NCBI RefSeq assembly: GCF_004010195.1
Contig: NC_057741.1
Coordinates: 35,156,202 to 35,220,201 of the forward strand
Direction: 5' to 3'
DNA from: Chiloscyllium plagiosum
Lineage: Eukaryota
DNA length: 64,000 nucleotides
In this document: positions 1 through 13,612 of the stretch, in pieces
Layout: the number at the start of each line of letters is the position of its first letter
Position numbering within the stretch: the first letter of the stretch is position 1
Made by a program: the position numbers and the translations under genes
The notes under the pieces: generated by a model
Databases searched by the model: none
What the model was told of the DNA's origin: nothing
What the model saw: the letters and a program-made list of their open reading frames with translations, nothing else

Positions 1-327
1 TTTTTGTTTGAAGTAGTAGTTGCACTCCTTTTGTGTTAAATTATTGCTACTGAAAATTAAATGTAGCCTTTTGAGAGCTGTGCATATAGCTAGTCTAGTT
101 GATGGTTTCAACAGTGTGAGTTACGAATATTGCTGTTTTTATTCACTTTCTGTACAGATGATTTTTTTATAACTTGTATGCTTGAATATTTTCTTTATAC
201 CATTTTTCATATTTCTTCTCATCCTCTATTCAAGTGCAGATATGCTTAACTCTATAAATACATTAACACAGTTACTGTTCCATTATCTTGATGTATTTAT
301 CCTATAGTTTGTCTTGTTTCTTTATAG

Positions 328-423
328 AAAACCTTGGAACAGCAAAGTAGTTTTGAAAAAGGGAGAATTGCTCATGCCAAGAAAATCATGAAGCCATTTA
401 TTCTGAGGAGAGTCAAGAGTGAG
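328..423 (+). CDS. SMARCAD1: SMARCAD1 internal coding exon ([32 protein letters not shown])
   Basis: Pyrimidine tract with AG at 326-327, GT at 424; 96 nt, phase 0/0; SNF2-family 'PFILRR.K' motif matching remembered SMARCAD1/Fun30 sequence. Confidence 0.93.
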
Positions 424-634
424 GTAACACTGTTCTTCCTGTAATCTGGTGTCTTGGCTCATTCCTGATTTGCCGAATTTTATCTGAACAATGTTACTGT
501 TTTTTAAAACATAGGTCTTTTAATGCATGTTTCACATATTGCTGAATGTTCTCAGCATGTTATGTGCAGTGATTGCATTACCTTTTAATGCTGCCTGTTT
601 TTGTAGTGATGCTAACCTGCAGGAGACTACCTTT

Positions 635-1280
635 GAAAGTGAAGTCATAGGTAGATGGTATAGTGAACAAGGCATTTGATATGCTAGCCTTTATTGGTCA
701 GTGCACTGAGTATAGGAGTTGGAGATCATAATGCAGCTATACACAACATTGATTAGGCTAGTTTTGGAATACTTTGTTCAATTCTGATCTCCTTCATGTA
801 GGAAACTTGAAAGGGCTCAAAGATTTACAATGAAGTTGCCAGGGTTGGACAATTTGAGCTATAGGGAGAGGCTGAATAGACTGCGGCTATTCTCCATGGA
901 GCGTGAGAAGCTGAGGAGTGACCTTGTAGAGGCATGGATAGGATAAATGGACAACATCTTTTCCCTGGAGTGGGGGTGTCTAAAACTAGAGGACATAGCT
1001 TTAAGGTGAGAGGGGAACAATTTAAAAGGGACCAAAGGGACAACTTTTTCATGCAGAGGGTGCTGGATGTATGGAATGAGCTGCCAGAGGACGTGGTGGG
1101 TGTTGGTACAATTACAACATTTAAAAAGCATCTGGATAGGTACATGAATAGAAAGGTTTTAGATGGATATTAACCAAGTGCTGGCAAATGGGACTAGATG
1201 TTGTTTAGGATATCTGGTCAGCATGGATGAGTTGGACTGATGGGTCTGTTTTCATGCTGTACATTTCTGACTCGATGAAT
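635..1280 (+). mobile_element. CR1/HER1-like LINE 3' fragment
   Basis: ORF2 C-terminal remnant 'TRGHSFKVRG...FFMQRVLDVWNELP'. Confidence 0.85.
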
Positions 1281-1664
1281 CCCTCATGAGTATACTTTTT
1301 TTTAGAATGTTGACATACATTGAAAGTTGTGGAAGCACTGAAGAGACTAGGCAACATCTGCACTGAGAAAAACCAAGTTAAAATTGCAGATTAATGACCT
1401 TCCACCAGTGCAAAAAAGTGGCCATTTGCATTGATATAGCATTTTTCATGACTCCTGTGCATCTAAAAATGCTTTAAAACCAAAGAGGATGTTTTAAAAT
1501 ATAGTGACTGTAACGTAGGAAATTTGCCAACTAATTTTTGCACAGCAAAAGTTCAATAGCAACAATATTATAATGACCTGTCAACTTGTGTACGTCAATC
1601 TCCCTCTAACATCAACAAGGTACTGACTTAGTTTCAGTGATATTGATTGTAAGATATGTATTCA

Positions 1665-2800
1665 TAGAATCTCCACGGTGTGGAAACAGGCCACTTGACC
1701 TAACAAGTCCATACCAACCTTCCGAAGAGTTTCCCGCCCATTCCCATTCCCGTACCCTACAACTTTTACATTTCCCCTGACTAATGTACCTAACCTACAC
1801 ATCCCTGAACACTATGGGCAATTTAGCATTCACCTAACCTGCACTTCTTTGGACTGTGGGAGGAAACCCACACAAACCTGATGTTACAACACTGGGTAAA
1901 GCCCTCTGCTACTTTAAACCAGACACACAGAAAAGCTCACCTCATGCGATAATCTGTGAAATTTCAAGTGACAAAGAACTATCCCAAATATCACTATTTA
2001 TAGATAACATTAACAATTTTATTCTTTTAAGTACAAAAGAGAACATTAGACAGCAGCTATTTACAACTCCTTTTTAAACCTATCTTTTACCTCCCACTGT
2101 ATAATACTGGTCCGATTTTAAAAACGAAAAACCTGGAATAAGATGTACACAAAATCATTTTTCAAAACCTGCCAGCTGTGTCAATTCTCCTCTGTACGTT
2201 TTCCTCTGTAGATTTTCCTTGGTGGTCTTTCCTTCAGTCTTCTGTTGTACAAATGTCTCAGAGAGCTTTTCTGACAGCGGTTGGTGCTTCACTGCTGTTT
2301 GCCGTTCTCCCCAACTGTTCAAAATACCCAATTTTATATACCCCAAAACATCAGACCATTTCATTGATTTGGTGTCATCAAAACAATAAAATTCAAATTT
2401 GATTGATTTTGGTATCTTGAGACATAATTTAAACTGGCCGAATCGAATTTGTAATGTACCATGGCAACACAGTTCCAGCTATTTGTTTCACAACCAAATG
2501 TTACATTTTTAAACTGTTCAGCACACCGTGATGTCATTCAGTCCTTGCCAGCCTTCACTCTCCCTTAAAGGTACAGAACTCACCTATACTTCCATAGTGG
2601 GGAGAAAGTGAGGTCTGCAGATGCTGGAGATCAGAGCTGAAAATGTGTTGCTGGAACAGCGCAGCAGGTCAGGCAGCATCCAGGAAACAGGAGAATCGAC
2701 GTTTCGGGCATAAGCCTTTCTTTCATAATACACAGGGAGAATGTGCAAACCCCACAGTCAGTTGCCTGAGGTGGAATCGAACCCGGGTGACTGGCCCTTG
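1665..2800 (-). mobile_element. HE1-type SINE split by a ~700-bp insertion (possible solo LTR, about 1882-2597) and a PLE terminus
   Basis: SINE tail half at 1665-1875 and head half at about 2728-2800; the insert ends in ...TGTAACA on the minus strand. Confidence 0.5.
2600..2722 (-). mobile_element. PLE-terminus fragment
   Basis: Same family sequence GGAGAAAGTGAGG...CGACGTTTCGGGCATAAGCC. Confidence 0.7.
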
Positions 2801-3041
2801 AAGCTAAATGTCTGTCGCCTGCAAAACAAAAAAAGCTTGGATACCTGTATCACCCCACATTAATCATCTTATAACTAACATTTTGCTAAAATAAAATAGT
2901 GTGTTTTCCAGCAAGCATAAGTCCAAATATAGGAAGAAGCGATTCCAAATATCCATGAGATATCAATATTGTTTTCCCTTTCCTGTTTTTTGTTTTGAAA
3001 GTTGTTTCCTCATCATTCAAATATACAAATTTGTTGTTTAG

Positions 3042-3159
3042 GTCTTACAACAGCTTCCACCCAAGCAAGACCGTGTAGAAATATGTTCAATGTCTGATAA
3101 ACAAGAACAGGCGTACGCTGCTCTCTACAAGAAGTTGAAGAAATCAATCAACAGTAATG
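3042..3159 (+). CDS. SMARCAD1: SMARCAD1 coding exon ([39 protein letters not shown])
   Basis: AG at 3040-3041, GT at 3160; 118 nt, in frame with neighbouring exons; 'LPPK' SNF2 motif. Confidence 0.9.
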
Positions 3160-3793
3160 GTACATTCTATATCTGTTAATGACTAATTTTGTGTTGTATG
3201 TTCAATCTAATTAAGTGCAATTGTCTATATTCATTTTTTAAGTTGTACTTTTGTTGTTTTTTTTAGTTGAAAGCTTTTAAAAAGTCTTTCCACTTAGACT
3301 AAAATGATGATACATGTTCATGATGCAGAATCGTCCTTGGCAAATAAATGAAGAATTTATTTTAAACTCAGCTTTGTTCACTCCTCATGTTTTTTTTTTA
3401 ATCAAGGACCTTTACAGTTGTAGTCCCAAGTCTTTCTACAATTAAAAATTAAATGCTGTCTTCGGTGACGCATGGGAGTTTGCATCCACTTTGCTCCATA
3501 GTACTGTGCTGGTGAGAGTAGTATGGGATGATCTTCAAGATCATTATGCATGGATGGTTTTAAGGAACATCACGTGTCACTCTACAATATCAAAACTTGA
3601 AGAAACATGCCACACAACTGCCTTTAAAAAATGACAGTCAAAGTAATTTGTATGAATACATTTATTTGTTTTAATACAAGTCTTCTCAGCTTCGTAAACG
3701 GAAAGTGTGAGAAGCTGTTCAAACAAGTTAACAGAATGCAGTTTGTTTGAGGAATTCTAACCTGAACAATTAACATTTTTATGTTTATCTCAG

Positions 3794-3912
3794 AAAAGAA
3801 CGAGTTATGTAATGTGATGATGCAACTTCGTAAGATGGCCAATCACCCGCTACTTCATAGGCAATATTACACTGTGGAAAAGTTGAGGAAAATGGCTAAG
3901 TTGATGAAAAAG
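3794..3912 (+). CDS. SMARCAD1: SMARCAD1 coding exon ([26 protein letters not shown]...KLMKK)
   Basis: CAG acceptor 3791-3793, GTAAGA donor at 3913; '[12 protein letters not shown]' motif. Confidence 0.95.
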
Positions 3913-4203
3913 GTAAGATTTCTGATCACATCTAAAGTTGCTCCAATTTCAAAATATTCTTCTTAATTTCTGTGATTTAAAATAAAACCCTAACTAGCTA
4001 CTTCCAGCAAAGTTATGATAAATTTGAATGAAGTTCCTTTACAGAAATAAGTGGCTTTTATATAGCATTTATTGTTATGTACTGGCAAATTAAATGTCTT
4101 AAGTAAAGCTAAGACTAAAACTCACTCCCCTTTGATAGTGTATGATGGTTACATGACTGGGATGCAGAAAGGAGCCTTTAGTGCTAATTCATTCCATCCT
4201 CAG

Positions 4204-4392
4204 GAGCCCACTCACAGAGATGCCAACCCTGATCTCATCTTTGAAGACATGGAGGCGATGACGGATTTTGAATTGCACCATTTGTGTCAAGAATACAGTA
4301 GCATAAGAAGCTTTCAGTTAGAAATGGAGCTGCTTTTGGATTCTGGGAAGTTCCAAATTCTGGAGAATATACTTACAGAACTTAAAGAGGAG
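4204..4392 (+). CDS. SMARCAD1: SMARCAD1 coding exon (EPTHRDANPDLIFEDMEAMTDFELH...DSGKFQILENILTELKEE)
   Basis: CAG 4201-4203, GT at 4393; 189 nt; SMARCAD1-specific insert followed by 'SGK'. Confidence 0.95.
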
Positions 4393-5056
4393 GTAATTTT
4401 CCAAACAATTATAATGTTTATTCCCTTTTGTTGATGATCATCTACTGAAGATAAGTTAGAAATAATATATGGATAGTTGCTTTTGCTGTGTTTTTATGTT
4501 GTGTAAGCTGAGCGGAGCATGCATTCAGTAAATATTTTTGCTGAGTTTGTCAACATCTCATGTTCAAGTATTGAGTAGCATGTTCAGGGCTTGGAAATGG
4601 ATTGTAGGAACTCTGTTTCTGCCCTTAGCGCAAAAACTATTTTGGATAGAACAAACAAATGCTCTGCACAGAAGGTTTGTGATAGGAATGTGGGGAAGAA
4701 AAAGCACTCTTCAAGACTTATTCATAATGCAGGAAACTATCAGTTATATTTTTAGTCTCTTATATTCCAATTATATTAATTCATTAGTTAAGTCTTTGTA
4801 CAATGCTATTTTCAATCTATAACATCTATTTGAATATAATTTTATTGGACGTTTTAAAAATAAAACAAATAGTTTGCACATCGTAATGCTTAACTCTCCG
4901 GACTTAACTATGGCCAACAGAATAGGACACTTACTAGAAAAGAAAACAAATGCCTGTGTGTGTATGCTGATAACTGATGTGTGCTGAAATAAAACTGAGA
5001 AGCTCCAGCTCTAATTCAATTTTATATCAATGCCTCTAATTTGATATTGCTTTTAG

Positions 5057-5175
5057 GGTTCCAGAGTTGTGCTGTTTAGTCAGTTTACTATGATGTTGGA
5101 CATTCTGGAAGTATTCTTGAGACACCATAAACACCGCTATCTTCGACTGGATGGCAAAACCCAAATCTCTGATAG
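5057..5175 (+). CDS. SMARCAD1: SMARCAD1 coding exon ([39 protein letters not shown])
   Basis: TTTTAG acceptor, GTAAAG donor at 5176; helicase motif IV 'LFSQFT' and 'RLDG'. Confidence 0.96.
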
Positions 5176-5869
5176 GTAAAGTTAATGTGTATTTCACTTT
5201 ATTGTACTGTTTGCATAGAACATACATTATTTCACTTAATTTCAGCATTTTGTTGACTCGTCCAAGAAATTGTAGCATATGCAATGGTCACAGTCATAGC
5301 AGTAAGTTACTGACTCAAGGTTGGAAACTTTCAGTTGGGTCTTAAAAAGCAGACAATTAGAAAAGATTTGTGTGTGCAAGTTTAAAAATTAAATGTGATT
5401 TTATATTTTATTTTAGTTCATCCTTAACAGTTTTGAATAAGTGCATAAACTATTTAAGAAGTTTCTTCAGGATATCTGTGCTTTGCAACAATTAAGTCGA
5501 CAGTTAATATACTTATTTGTTTCAACAAAATGAATTATTGCCTTATTGGTGCTGCTTGTCAGGAATGCTTCCATGTTTTCTGCTTTCATTGATTCAACTT
5601 CTATTATTTGAGTATCAATTGCTCTTTTCCAAAATACCTTTTTATCAGTGCTGTCTTTTCAATTGTTTAAAAAACCTTTTCTCACTGTAGCTTGGCTTGC
5701 AAAACTTGAAAGAAGCATGCTTCAAGGCAAAGAGTACTTTTGATTTTCACAGAGGACACTGCTATTTGCTAAATTGGTCTGTTTTGGTCTAGGAATGGAA
5801 TCAACAGGGTTTCAGTAGAGTCTAGTGTATCGAGAGATTTCCCTCAAAATATCTCAAAATACCATAAAG

Positions 5870-7925
5870 GACTAATTGCATGCCAAACAGCATAAGCAAC
5901 AAGTGATAGATTGAGCTAAGTGATCCCATTACCCACAGGTCAGATCTAAGTCCTGCTACATCCAGTTGTGTATGGTGCTGCACAAGTAACACTTAGGAGA
6001 AGGTTCTACAAATATCCCCGTACTCAATGATTCAAGAGTTCAAAACACAAGTGCAAAAGATAAAGCTGAAGCGTTCGTAGCAATCTTCAGCCAGAAGTAC
6101 CAAGTGATTGATCCATCGCTGCCTCCTCCAGTGGTCCTCAGCATTATTGATACTAGTCTTCAGCCAATCAGTTCACTCCGTGTGATAACGAGAAATGGTT
6201 GGAAGGACTAAATACTGCAAAGATTGTAGGCCCTGTCAACGTTCTGGCCATAATACTGAAAATTTGTATTTCAGAACTTGTCACTGTCCCAGCCAAGCTG
6301 TTCCAGAACAGTTACAACACTGGCATCTACCCGATAATGTGGAAAATGTCCTGTACATACAGCAGAGCAAATCCAACCCAACTAATTACTGTCTCATTAG
6401 TCTACTTTCAATCAGCAGTGAAATGATGGAAGGTATCATCAACAGTGCTATTAAGTGGCACCTGCTCAATGATGCCCAGTTTGAATTCTGCTACTGCCAC
6501 TCAGCTCCTGACCTCATTACAGCCTTGGTTCAGACATGGACGAAAGAGCTAAATGCCTGAGGGGAGGTGGGAATGGCAGTCCTTGACCGAGTGTGGTATC
6601 AAGAAACTCCAGCAGAACTGGAATCGATAGATATCAGGTCAAACTCTTCACTTGTTGGTGTCATACCTAGCACATCGGAGATGGTTGTGGCTGTTGGAAG
6701 TCAGTCATCTCAGGTCCCAGACATCACAGCAGGAATTCCTCAGCGTAGTGTCCCAGGCTCAACCACCTTTGTCTGCTTCACCAATGACCTTCCCTCCATC
6801 ATAAGGTCTGAAATGGATATATTTGCTGATGATTATACAATGTTCAGCACCATTCACGAATCCTCAGATATTGAAGCAGTCTATGTTCAAATGCAACAAA
6901 ATCTAAACAATATCCAGGCTTGTGCTGAAAAGTGACAAGTAACATGCATTCCACACAAAACCAGGCAATGATACCTGTAATAAGAGACAATTTAATCTTA
7001 ACCCCTTGACATTCAATGGTGCTACCATCACTGAATCCCCAAACATCAACACCCTTGGGTTACCATTAACCAGAAATTCAACTGGACTTGTCACATAAAA
7101 GCAGTGGCTACAAGAGCAGGCCAGAGGCTCGGAATACTGTGGCAGGTAACTCGGCACTGACTCCCCAACATCTTGGAGGAGAAAGTGAGGACTGCAGATG
7201 CTGGAGATCAGAGCTGAAAATGTGTTGCTGGAAAAGCGCAGCAGGTCAGGCAGCATTCAAGGAACAGGAGAATCAACGTTTTGGGCAATAAGCCCGTCTT
7301 CAGGAATGATTCCTGAAGAAGGGCTTATGCCCGAAACGTCGATTCTCCTGTTCCTTGGATGCTGCCTGACCTGCGCTTTTCCAGCAACACATTTTCAGCT
7401 CCCCAACATCTTGTCCCACTGACAAGGCGCAAGGCAGGAGTGTGATGGACTACTGTCCACTTGCATGGGTGAATGCAACTCCAACAACACTCAAACGCTT
7501 GACACCATCTCGGTTAAAGTAGCCCACTTTGTTTGGCATCACTCCCTCCATCACTAATGTTCAGTAACACCAGTATGTACTATCTACAAGATGCATTGCA
7601 AAAATTCACAGAAGATCCTTAGACAGCATCTTCCAAATCCACAGCAACTTCTGTCAAGAAGGATAAGGACAGCAAATACATGGGAACACCATCTACAAGT
7701 TCCCCTTCAGGCCATCATCGTCATGACTTAGAAATGTATTGCTGTTCCTTCACTGTTGATGGGTCAAAATGCTGGAATTTCTTCCCTAAGGGCATTGTGG
7801 GTTAACCTAGAACATTTGGACTGCAGCGGTTCAAGAAGGCAGCTCACTACCACTTTCTCAAGGGCAACAAGATATGGGCAATAGACGTGCTGGCCAGCCA
7901 GTGATGTCCATTTCCCACAAGCAAA
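5870..7925 (+). mobile_element. Decayed LINE (RT-encoding, CR1/L2 group) distinct from the main CR1 family
   Basis: Broken RT frames: 'PTNYCLISLLSI', 'AGIPQRSVPG', 'FADD'. Confidence 0.8.
7176..7398. mobile_element. Fold-back PLE-terminus element with hammerhead core (+ strand 7313-7340)
   Basis: Flanking repeat CTCCCCAACATCTTG (7161-7175 / 7399-7413); imperfect inverted arms; CTGAAGAAGGGCTTATGCCCGAAACGTC. Confidence 0.8.
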
Positions 7926-8555
7926 TTTTGCTTCAGCATTTTTTAGAAGTTGTCAGTGAATTTCAATGAGAGCTTTTCCTGAAACACCACCTTTCAGATT
8001 GAATGTTCCATTTCGTAACTGTAAAGTTCCATGCAAGCTTTTGACGACTTTGTTACTGTTTTCATTCTGAATGACTTGCAGAACTAAGCGCATCATGAAC
8101 AATTGAATTGTATTAAAATACTTTTTGTTTTTTTCTATTTTTCTAATCTGAGGGTTTTACTGTGCTAATGTTATTTACTGCCAAGGTTTGCTCTTCCCTA
8201 ACAAATCAAGATTTTTTTTTGTATCCCTGTTTGGTGAAGTTAACTACTTTGGAGTTAATGCTTGTAACTTTTCCAGGCAGGTATTTCTTTGAGGTGTTCC
8301 AAATTGAGATAATGTCTAAGAAATCTAGATAATGCAAGAGCCTGAATTTTCTAAAAGTACTTCATTTCACCTTTTTTTCTTAAAAAGGTGTCTGATCATT
8401 ACTATTCAAAATGTGTTCATTCTATTTTCTTCCTCGCTTTAAATGTTTGAATTCCCCTTAATAATGTGAGTATTTTAATCCTCTCTGAGGGGCGTTAATT
8501 TTTATGAACACATTTTGCATTTTTAGTTGTAAAATATTTGGAAGTGACTCTTTAA

Positions 8556-8756
<201 letters not shown>

Positions 8757-8894
8757 TAAGATGAAAAATTTCATATTCACTATTCCTAAACTCTAGACCT
8801 TAGCAGTGACACTTGTTTCAAAAGAACTTGTGAGCACAATGTTTTGGCTTTCCATTGGAGTGTTATAATAGTGATTCATTTAAATCTACATTTA

Positions 8895-9410
8895 GCATGT
8901 ACAGCATGTAAACAGAGCCTTTGGTCCACCTTGGCCATATTGATTAGATATCCCAAATAAATCTAGTCCAATTTGCCAGCATTTGGCCCATACCCCTCTG
9001 AACCCTTTCTATTCATATACCCATCCAGATGCTTTTTAAATATTGTAACTGTACCAGCGTCCACCACTGCCTCTGACAGTTCATTCCATTATGCACCACC
9101 CTCTGCTTTTCCGCTTAGGTCCTTTTTAAATCTTGCCCCTTTCACCTTGAACTTATGCCCTCCAATTTTGGACAGCCCCACCCTGGGGAAAAGATCTTGT
9201 CTATTCACCCTATCCATGTCCCTCATGATTTTATAAATCTCTATAAGGTCACCCCTCAACATCTGATGCTCCAGGGAAAATAGTCCTAGCTTACTCAGCC
9301 CCTCCCTATCGCTCAAACCCTCCAACTCTGGCAACATCCTTGTAATTCTTTTCTAGAACCCTTTCAAGTTTCACAGCATCCTTCCTATAGCAGGAAGACC
9401 AGAATTGTAC
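8895..9410 (-). mobile_element. CR1/HER1-like LINE 3' fragment
   Basis: 'LGLFSLEHQMLRGDLIEIYKIM' remnant. Confidence 0.85.
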
Positions 9411-10265
9411 GTTGTTGGGTGGAAATTGAGCTAGTCAACCCACACTGCTTTTATGTTTTCTAGGAATTGGCTTTAGAGATCCATTGGCAGACATGTAGAA
9501 ACCTGGAAGTGATCTGGGATTTGTGAAAAGATGGGTGACTAGTTCTTGCATTGCACTTTTTCATAATTTTCATCGTGTAGGAAGGAAAATTCTGATTAGA
9601 TTTATTTTTCATATAATGCATTATGTAAAGGAGTGAGCATGAATTTGCTATTTGATTATGAACTTGCTGCTCACTCAAGTCCCTGCATGTTTAAATTTTA
9701 GAATGTTCCCTACCACAAGAAACTGCCAAAACAAGCTCACATTCCTTAATATTTTCATATCCCATTAATGTTTTATCTCTCTCTGTCCTTCCCCCAGTTC
9801 ATTTCAGTTTAAAGTGGATGATTTTCCCTTTATTTACTTCTAACCAGCAACTCCATGCCCACCCCCCCAAAAAAAACTAATACCAACTAGTTATTGTTAC
9901 AGTCCTTTGAGTTGATGTAATTTCATGATCGCAAAATTCTTTTTTTGCCTACACCCATTTCAGTGTACCCCAGCACAGTTATACTACTAATAGATTCTCC
10001 CAATTGTTTTGTGTTTCTGGTCATTGAGAGAAATAGAGTGCAGACTCAAAGGACTCTATTTAAAGATTAGTTTCTACCTTTCAAACTTTCATTTACACTT
10101 TGGACTGGAATGACATTGAAACAGTTTTTACTACTGGGAATGCAAGAAAAGGGTTCAGGAAGGAGTGGATGGATTGGAGCCATTTTTATACCTAATCAAG
10201 AATTGCAATATTTTCATTGTTTTCACCTTCAGTATGACCTCGACTGTAAGACTAGAGCAGAGTGT

Positions 10266-10482
10266 GAAAGTGAGGACTGCAGATGCTGGAGATCAGAGTC
10301 CAGTTTAGAGTGGTGCTAGAAAAACACAGCAGGTCAGGCAGCATCTGAGGAGCAGGAAAATCCATGTTTCGGGCAAAAGCCCTTCGTCAGGAATGAGCTT
10401 TTGCCCAAAACATGGATTTTCCTGCTCCTCGGATGCTGCCTGGCCTGTTGTGCTTTTCTAGCACCACTCCAAACTTGACTCT
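10266..10482. mobile_element. Fold-back PLE-terminus element, variant subfamily with decayed hammerhead
   Basis: Same GAAAGTGAGGACTGCAGATGCTGGAGATCAGAG terminus; inverted arms around 10395. Confidence 0.75.
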
Positions 10483-11417
10483 ACAATTTCAGTGTTGACC
10501 AAAAAAATCTCTCATTAGGAGAAGTAAAGTTTAAATAACAGTATGTCTGTCTGTTTTCTAGAGGTATTACCTCAGATGCTTATTTAATTGGCAGACTTAT
10601 AGCAGCTGATTTAATCCTTTATTTGATGTACTGTGTTGCTTTGCACCGAAGCATTTATGCTAATCTGTTTCTGGTTGATGGTGTCAATATCAAAGTAGTA
10701 CAGTGCAACTGGCATTAATCTTGCAATACAAACATTTCATCTTGGAAGATATTGTAAGGTTAATTGAATAGTCACTGTGCTACACAATATCTAGATTGCG
10801 AACACTTAAAGTAGCCTCAATATTGCACAGATCCAGTTGTTGTCAGAGGTGAGTCTCCAGCCTATCTTGTTCAGGCTTTGAGAGTAAGCAGCATTAATGT
10901 TTCGAGTGCAACAAAATATTAGATTCCCTAAGTTATCATATTCCTTCAGATATATTCTTGATATGTTTTTTCCTTTTTCTAGCTATTAATTCAGTGTGGG
11001 TTAGATTAATTCAATTTGCTGCTTGTTTCCCTGGATGCTGCCTGACCTGCTGCGCTTCTCCAGCAACACATTTTCAGCAGTAACACTAAGGAGCCCTTTA
11101 AAGAAATTGAACTGTGTTTTGATATAACTTCCAACTCGTTTCAATCAGTAAATGAATGATACAAAATGTGTAGTAATTAGTATTTCAGTAAATCATAAGC
11201 TTAACATAGAATCTTTTCTGAAAAATAAGGGCTTTTCAACCATAATCATTCATATAAAACTGAACTTTATGAAAAGTGAGCTCTGTCAATTTTGGGGAAT
11301 TTTGTGGAGGTTTTTGCTTCGTGAGGCTCTAGAGAGTTATTTCACTTCTCTGCAGCTCACCTCATTGTGTTTGCATCATATCGCTATGGTACTTCCCTTG
11401 CACAACTGTGTACTCGA

Positions 11418-11480
11418 TGCTAACTGAAAGACTCGCCATTGCTAACTGAAAGACTCGCTCGATGCTAACTGAAAGACTCG
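11418..11480. repeat. Short tandem repeat, 3 x TGCTAACTGAAAGACTCG (period 22-23)
   Basis: Read directly from the sequence. Confidence 0.85.
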
Positions 11481-13612
11481 AGGCTACCTGGAATTCATAT
11501 TTAAACTCCTGTTGTGCACCAGTTCAAATGCTGTCAGTTAGGAGCCCTTCAAAGTTGCAGTGTGTTAATATCTCCCCAGAGTTGACACCCCACTTTGTCA
11601 ACAGGTACTTTAGATTCTTGTTGGATGGGGTGCTGGACAGGGAAGTTAACTTCTCCAAGATCACAAGAGGGACACATGGCATTAGGCCATGCCACCCGGG
11701 TCACTGGAGTTCACACAGTTCAGACGAACATCCAGTACTGCAGAGGCAAGTTAGTAATTTTGTGTGCTCTTTGAGGATCAGTACTACCATTATCTTTCTA
11801 TTGCCATCGCACACTCTCACTCTAATTCACCTACTGTACCCACCTCCTCCCAAGGATTATGTTCTACCACTGTTGCCACTGCATTGTGTAGTAACTTCCC
11901 TTTTGTTGTGCTTGCCACTGTTGCTCTACCACACCCCTACCCATTTGCTAATCCTATATGCCCCCACTACACTGCACACTCAATTACCTCAGACACCTCT
12001 CCCACTGTCCCACATCTACACTAAGCATTAATAACAACACTAGCCACTTTCACCTCAATTAATCTTTCTTTTTGTTTCATTCCAGGAGAAGCATCCCAAA
12101 ATAGTTAGAAGATGGGTGGTTGGTGCCCAGTATATGTCACCTCACCCCCCCCCCCCCACCACCAAAAAAAACCCACCACCACCAAACTAGCTCAACAGTG
12201 ACACCATAGTGAATTTGTGAGCTAGAGTATAATAGGGAGCACATCACAGCACCTAGTGGAGAAAGAAGTGCTTAATTTGCTGGCATTCAGAGCTGCGAGA
12301 TAATAGGAACCTGATATGCCCCAGGAAGGAGAGACTATCATTTGTAACTTTATCCAATGCACAAGGAGGCACAGAAGCAGTAGGTGGTTTACCAGGCATT
12401 TGGTAAGCTGACAAGTTTGAGGAGTTCACCAATACTCTATATATCGTGCTTCCTCTAGCATGCCGCCATAGAAAACCAGATCCAGTTTGCTGGGTATATA
12501 CACAGACCCCATCTGCCATAGTTCGATTTGAACCTTTTTCAAGATCATTCATCTGTGGTTCTGGGTTACCAGTCTAGTGACATTGCCACCACCCCATTTC
12601 CTCGCCATACCAACAAGATGAGGGAACTTGATCCTATTTCAAATGTTCTTCCTTCACAAGGAGACAGGGTAGTACAAGCTGGCACCCAGCAGAGGAGCAA
12701 CTTTACAACCCCTGCAAAAGTCTTCCCTCAAGATAGTTAATAAGTGCCCAAGCCTTTCCTCTCCCTCACTCCCCACAATATCCAAGAAAGGCAAGATTGA
12801 ACAGTATGAAGTGAGCTGTTCCAGAATTTTTTTTGTTGGGACCCTTGAAATGTAATTGCTACTTTTGCATTTGGGAAGAGTCTTACCAGCCTCATTACAG
12901 CCATTAGTATGATTGGTTTGTAGTGTTGAATGATGTGGTCAAGAGTACTTGTGGCCAGGATTTTTAGTTGACACAATAGCTCAATTCTTGAGATCCACTT
13001 AGAGCATTTTGTGATAATAGATACCCTTCACCTATACGATGGGGTGTCTTTGTAATTCTGTTGCTCTTTGAAGGGCCTCACATCACACAAATGGAGCCAA
13101 CTATAGAGGATAAAAACATGAACACTGCCAACCGTTTTCATTTCAATGTGTTTGAGGATGAAAGGAAACACAGGTTGCACTTCAAAGCACAAGATGCAGA
13201 CTCAGCCTTTCAGTGTATGTAACTCCCGCAATCTTCATGTTCCTTTCTTCCTTGTCTTCCCTGTCAACCCCATTTTGCCTTGATGATCCCCACAATTTTA
13301 TGCAGATTGTCTTATTTAACTGCTCATCTCATCTTCTCAAACCACCTTGTGAGAGGCGCTTGCAAATGTTGTTTCTGCAAAAATCACAAGGCTGAATCGT
13401 GAGGGGGGTGTATGTTAAGCTAGTTATGCTTGCACAAACAGCTGCTAGTAGCTGCATCTTGCGATGTCTGCAGAAGCAAGGCAGAATCATGAGGATGATT
13501 ACCAAGAAATAGCTAACCAAAAAGGGAGGTGGTTGACTGGTAGAAACAGATGTATTGACATGACAGTTGCAAAGGTCACTTACTCAGTGTTGCGTCAGCA
13601 TAAGTAATGAGA

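Noticed and set aside
10355-10395. Active hammerhead on the minus strand
   Set aside because: The cleavage triplet is mutated (GAAAC-AUG rather than GAAAC-GUH).
11418-11480. CRISPR-like short direct repeats
   Set aside because: Spacers are only 4-5 nt, there are no cas genes, and the context is a eukaryotic intron.
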